Shown: positions 33,463 to 36,381 of the stretch, in pieces | Layout of the letters: each line of letters starts with the position of its first letter | How positions within the stretch are numbered: the first letter of the stretch is position 1 | Assembly: GCA_032718475.1 (NCBI GenBank) | Contig: JAUCBJ010007112.1 | Coordinates: 1-36,381 of the forward strand | Source of the DNA: Nemertoderma westbladi | Lineage: Eukaryota > Animalia > Xenacoelomorpha | Direction of reading: 5' to 3' | Length of the DNA stretch: 36,381 nucleotides | Program-made: the position numbers and the translations under genes | Notes under the pieces: model-generated | What the model was told of the DNA's origin: nothing | Seen by the model: the letters and a program-made list of their open reading frames with translations, nothing else | Databases searched by the model: none

Positions 33463-33805
33463 TGGTTCAATAACAATAGTGGGTCCATGTAAAAATGTTT
33501 GTAGTGATTTACTTTATCTGAAACAATGCACCAACATATTAATTAAGAAAATTAAATTAAATACAGTGACCAGACTAATTAAGTTACCATCTCTTAATTT
33601 TAAATCATTAAGTAAAAAGTGTGGACATCATTTTGTAAACAATGTAAAGGTATATATTGATTTTACGCCGGAGCTCTTTTGTGGAATTCGATTGTATATT
33701 GGGCGATGTTATTTCAGTGTCTTTCACTCGATGAAAGTTATAAGTATGTGTCCTGTTGGTGATTTTGAAGAAGCTCTTATTATATTATTTAGTTTATTGA
33801 ATTAA
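33463..33805 (+). pseudogene. TBP-like protein, 3' part (second TBP repeat)
   Basis: GSITIVGP...KLNTVT...DFTPELFCGIRLYIGRCYFSVFHSMKVI; joins in frame to 26058. Confidence 0.75.
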
Positions 33806-33813
33806 TAAGTAAA

Positions 33814-33995
33814 ATTATCTCTCAATATACTACATGTCATTATACTCTATGTGCGGTTTTATATATTTATGTGATTATACTGTCTCTCAATATACTATAT
33901 GTGTTTATATTATCTCTCAATATACTATATGTCATTATACTGTATGTGCGGTTTTATATATTTATGTGATTATACTGTATGTGGTTCTATATATT
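33814..33995. repeat. 95-bp AT-rich tandem duplication
   Basis: attatctctcaatatacta.atgtcattatact.tatgtgcggttttatatatttatgtgattatactgt at 33814 and 33909. Confidence 0.85.
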
Positions 33996-34339
33996 CATGT
34001 AACATATATACTAATTATAGTTTTATTAAATTTAAGTAAAAAATATATTGATTTATATTATTAATAACATCTTACCTTGAGAACAATTCTCCCAAGTAAT
34101 GGGGACCCACCTCTCCTCCCGAAAAAAGACCGTAAGGCCAAGTTTTACTGCACTTGTTCTCCATTGAGTGATTAGTTGTTAAACTGGTGAATTCAATATA
34201 TAAATTTAAATATTTACTAAAGCCGCTAGATGGCATGCATTTGTGATGCGAATATTAGTTTCATATTATACTGTATAAACGTTAAAAGTCAATTATTATT
34301 TTAATAAATATAATAATAATTGTATTATAAAAGGAAAAC

Positions 34340-34782
34340 ATGATGAATATAGGAGATATGCGGTTTCGTTTTGGTAGTACAATATTAATAGCCGGTCCTA
34401 GTGGTAGTGGAAAAACGTCTTTTTTGGAGAAAATGTTATTGAATAGGAAATTGATCTTTAACGAAACCCCAAACAGTATTACTTGGTTTTATGGACAGAC
34501 GAAACCAATAATTAAAGGGGTTAATATTACCGCTTTAAATGAAATTCCAGAACACTTTAATGAAAATGTGAAAAACCATTCTATCATTATAATCGACGAT
34601 TTGATGACAGAACTACAAAATTCCAAACAAGCGACTACGCTAATTACTAAAGTAGCTCGACATACAAATTCATTGGTAATTTTTCTCACTCAAAACCTTT
34701 ATCAAAAAAGAGGAGAATCTAGGACCCGTTCCATTAATTCCACTTATTTCTTATTGTTCAAAAATCCAAGGGATCAGACACA
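34340..34782 (+). pseudogene. Polinton DNA-packaging ATPase (A32/FtsK-HerA family), interrupted
   Basis: Walker A AGPSGSGKT, Walker B IIIIDDLM, ARH, FLTQN, LFKNPRD; cut by the Gypsy LTR at 34783. Confidence 0.92.
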
Positions 34783-35060
34783 TGTAGCGGCGTTATTCTC
34801 AATGAATAAATCGAAGCGCGGGTTATTATGTATTATAATAATAATAATAGTTAGCAATGCATTGCTACTGTAAAGATATAGATATACCGGGATAGGGCCG
34901 CAGTCATCCGTATAGCACACAGCGTGCCGGTACTGCAGTGTACGGTACCAAAAGATGATAGATGGACAGTCTGTATGTAAAACTCCACATCGTCCGTTGC
35001 TAGGCAACTAGGGACGCCACTACTGTATATCTCCTAAGTCCCGCATACAGTATCGCTACA
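34783..35060 (-). repeat. 3' LTR of the Gypsy element (278 bp)
   Basis: Terminal inverted repeats TGTAGCG...CGCTACA with an adjacent polypurine tract. The partner LTR is not in the window. Confidence 0.82.
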
Positions 35061-35114
35061 TAACCCCCCCTCAAGTGTGGTAACACGATAAATCCCTAAT
35101 AGTGGCGATGAATG

Positions 35115-36381
35115 TTAGGTGGTATATCTTTCCGGACGGCGGACCTGTCGGCCGGAACGAGTCTGAAACGTGGACGACGTCGTGGTGGGAGGTTTCGAGT
35201 GGGCCTTGGGCCTGGCGTAAGGACTGGTATGTCGTGCTGGAGTGGCTGCTACGGCAGCGTAGGAAGGCGCCGGAAGGTCGGGATCTGACGAAGATGCCGA
35301 CGGTGCCGGTGGGATCGTGGGCGGCCGCGGAATGAAGGCAATCTTCAGTCTGTCGATGGAGACATGATCCAGGCGGCCATTGAGGTCAAGGAGGAAAGTT
35401 TTTGGCTCCACCTTAATGATTTTGTAGGGGCCAGCATAGGGGCGGTTGAGAGGTCCTACATGACCACCACGGCGTACATACACGTAACCTGTCGAGGCCA
35501 GGGATGCCGGGATGTGGGAGGTTGACGGTGAGCCGTGGAAGTTTGTCGGCGGGGGAACAGCTGACTTGAGGCGTTCCTTGAGGTCGGAGACGAAAGCTGA
35601 GGATGGAGTCTCTGTTCGCGCGGACCCAGGGCCCACGAACTCGCCAGGCACGTGGAGGGGGGTGCCATAGACGAGGTCGGCGGGTGAGCAGCCAGGGTCC
35701 TCCTTCCAAGCCGTCCTGATCCCGAGTAGGACTAGTGGGAGTTCGTCCATCCATTTCGGTCCATGTAGACGGGCCTTGAGCGATGCCTTGAGTTGGCGAT
35801 GGAGTCGCTCGATCATCCCATTCGCCTGTGGGTGGTAGGATGTAGTAGTGGAGGCCGAGATGCCGAGGAGGTTGTGAAGCTCGGCCCACAGGTGAGAGGT
35901 AAACTGCGCCCCGCGATCGGAGGTGATGTCCCCGGGTATCCCGAACCTGGCGATCCAGCCCCGTAGAAGTGCGCGGGCACACGTCTCAGCGGTGGCGTCG
36001 ATAATGGGGATGGCCTCAGGCCACCGTGTGAACCTGTCGATGATTGTGAATAGGTAGCCGTGGCCTTCCGATGGTGGAAGTGGACCAACGATGTCTACGT
36101 GGAGGCTGTCGAATCGGGCCTCAGGGGCAGGGCGACTTTCTAGTGGCGCATGGACATGGCGGCCGACCTTGGAGGCCTGGCAGGCGGCGCACTCGAGGCA
36201 GCGTCGGCGCACGTCTTTCTTCATCCCATGCCAGATAAAACGCTCGGAGATGGCGCGGATGGTGGGCTTTGGACCGGCATGTGAGAGGCCATGGATGGCC
36301 TCGAAGATCCGGCCGCGCCAGCTATCCGGGACGACGGGGCGGTTCCGGCCCGTCGAGGTGTCGCACAAGACCGTGAAGTGA
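35115..36381 (-). CDS. Gypsy pol integrase region (HHCC, DDE, GPY/F), 5'-partial
   Basis: H.LSHAG..C..C, HVDIVGPLP, TSDRGAQF, YHPQANGMIER, YAGPY, C-terminal TRSGR. Confidence 0.96.
   Translation of the reverse strand, partial: HFTVLCDTSTGRNRPVVPDSWRGRIFEAIHGLSHAGPKPTIRAISERFIWHGMKKDVRRRCLECAACQASKVGRHVHAPLESRPAPEARFDSLHVDIVGPLPPSEGHGYLFTIIDRFTRWPEAIPIIDATAETCARALLRGWIARFGIPGDITSDRGAQFTSHLWAELHNLLGISASTTTSYHPQANGMIERLHRQLKASLKARLHGPKWMDELPLVLLGIRTAWKEDPGCSPADLVYGTPLHVPGEFVGPGSARTETPSSAFVSDLKERLKSAVPPPTNFHGSPSTSHIPASLASTGYVYVRRGGHVGPLNRPYAGPYKIIKVEPKTFLLDLNGRLDHVSIDRLKIAFIPRPPTIPPAPSASSSDPDLPAPSYAAVAATPARHTSPYARPKAHSKPPTTTSSTFQTRSGRQVRRPERYTT

Larger units (their letters stand above)
20562..34782 (+). 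mobile_element. Polinton/Maverick-like element B (left end in window, probably continuing past the Gypsy insertion)
   Basis: Starts AGTAGT, a typical Polinton terminus, where pPolB-A homology stops. Contains pPolB, a TBP-like gene and a packaging ATPase. Confidence 0.8.
34783..36381 (-). mobile_element. Ty3/Gypsy LTR retrotransposon, 3' end (continues beyond the window)
   Basis: Integrase ORF, then polypurine tract GAGGGGGGG, then LTR. Confidence 0.93.

Overview
Eukaryotic (probably invertebrate) nest of mobile elements with no recognisable host gene. The backbone is two divergent Polinton/Maverick-like elements on the + strand. Polinton A has a Zn-finger/endoVII protein-primed PolB. It is cut off at 20561 by the AGTAGT terminus of Polinton B, which carries pPolB, a TATA-binding-protein-like gene and a packaging ATPase. 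Three LTR retrotransposons interrupt Polinton genes: a non-autonomous BEL/Pao in PolB-A (9686-18385, 1228-bp LTRs, TSD AAGGG), a gag-only BEL/Pao in the TBP-like gene (26059-33457, 540-bp LTRs, TSD CCAAC) and a Ty3/Gypsy in the ATPase (from 34783). Two LINEs (RTE, RTE-X) lie at the left. Top observations: (1) both BEL/Pao elements lack a tRNA primer-binding site, and the bases directly after the 5' LTR are complementary to a segment inside their own LTR, with pairing ending exactly at the LTR edge, which suggests tRNA-independent self-priming; (2) a 174-aa TBP-fold gene in a Polinton, visible only after removing an LTR insertion; (3) a 1.7-kb array of about 28 small hairpins with a compensatory base-pair change in the second BEL element. 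All calls come from reading motifs by eye; no database search was run.
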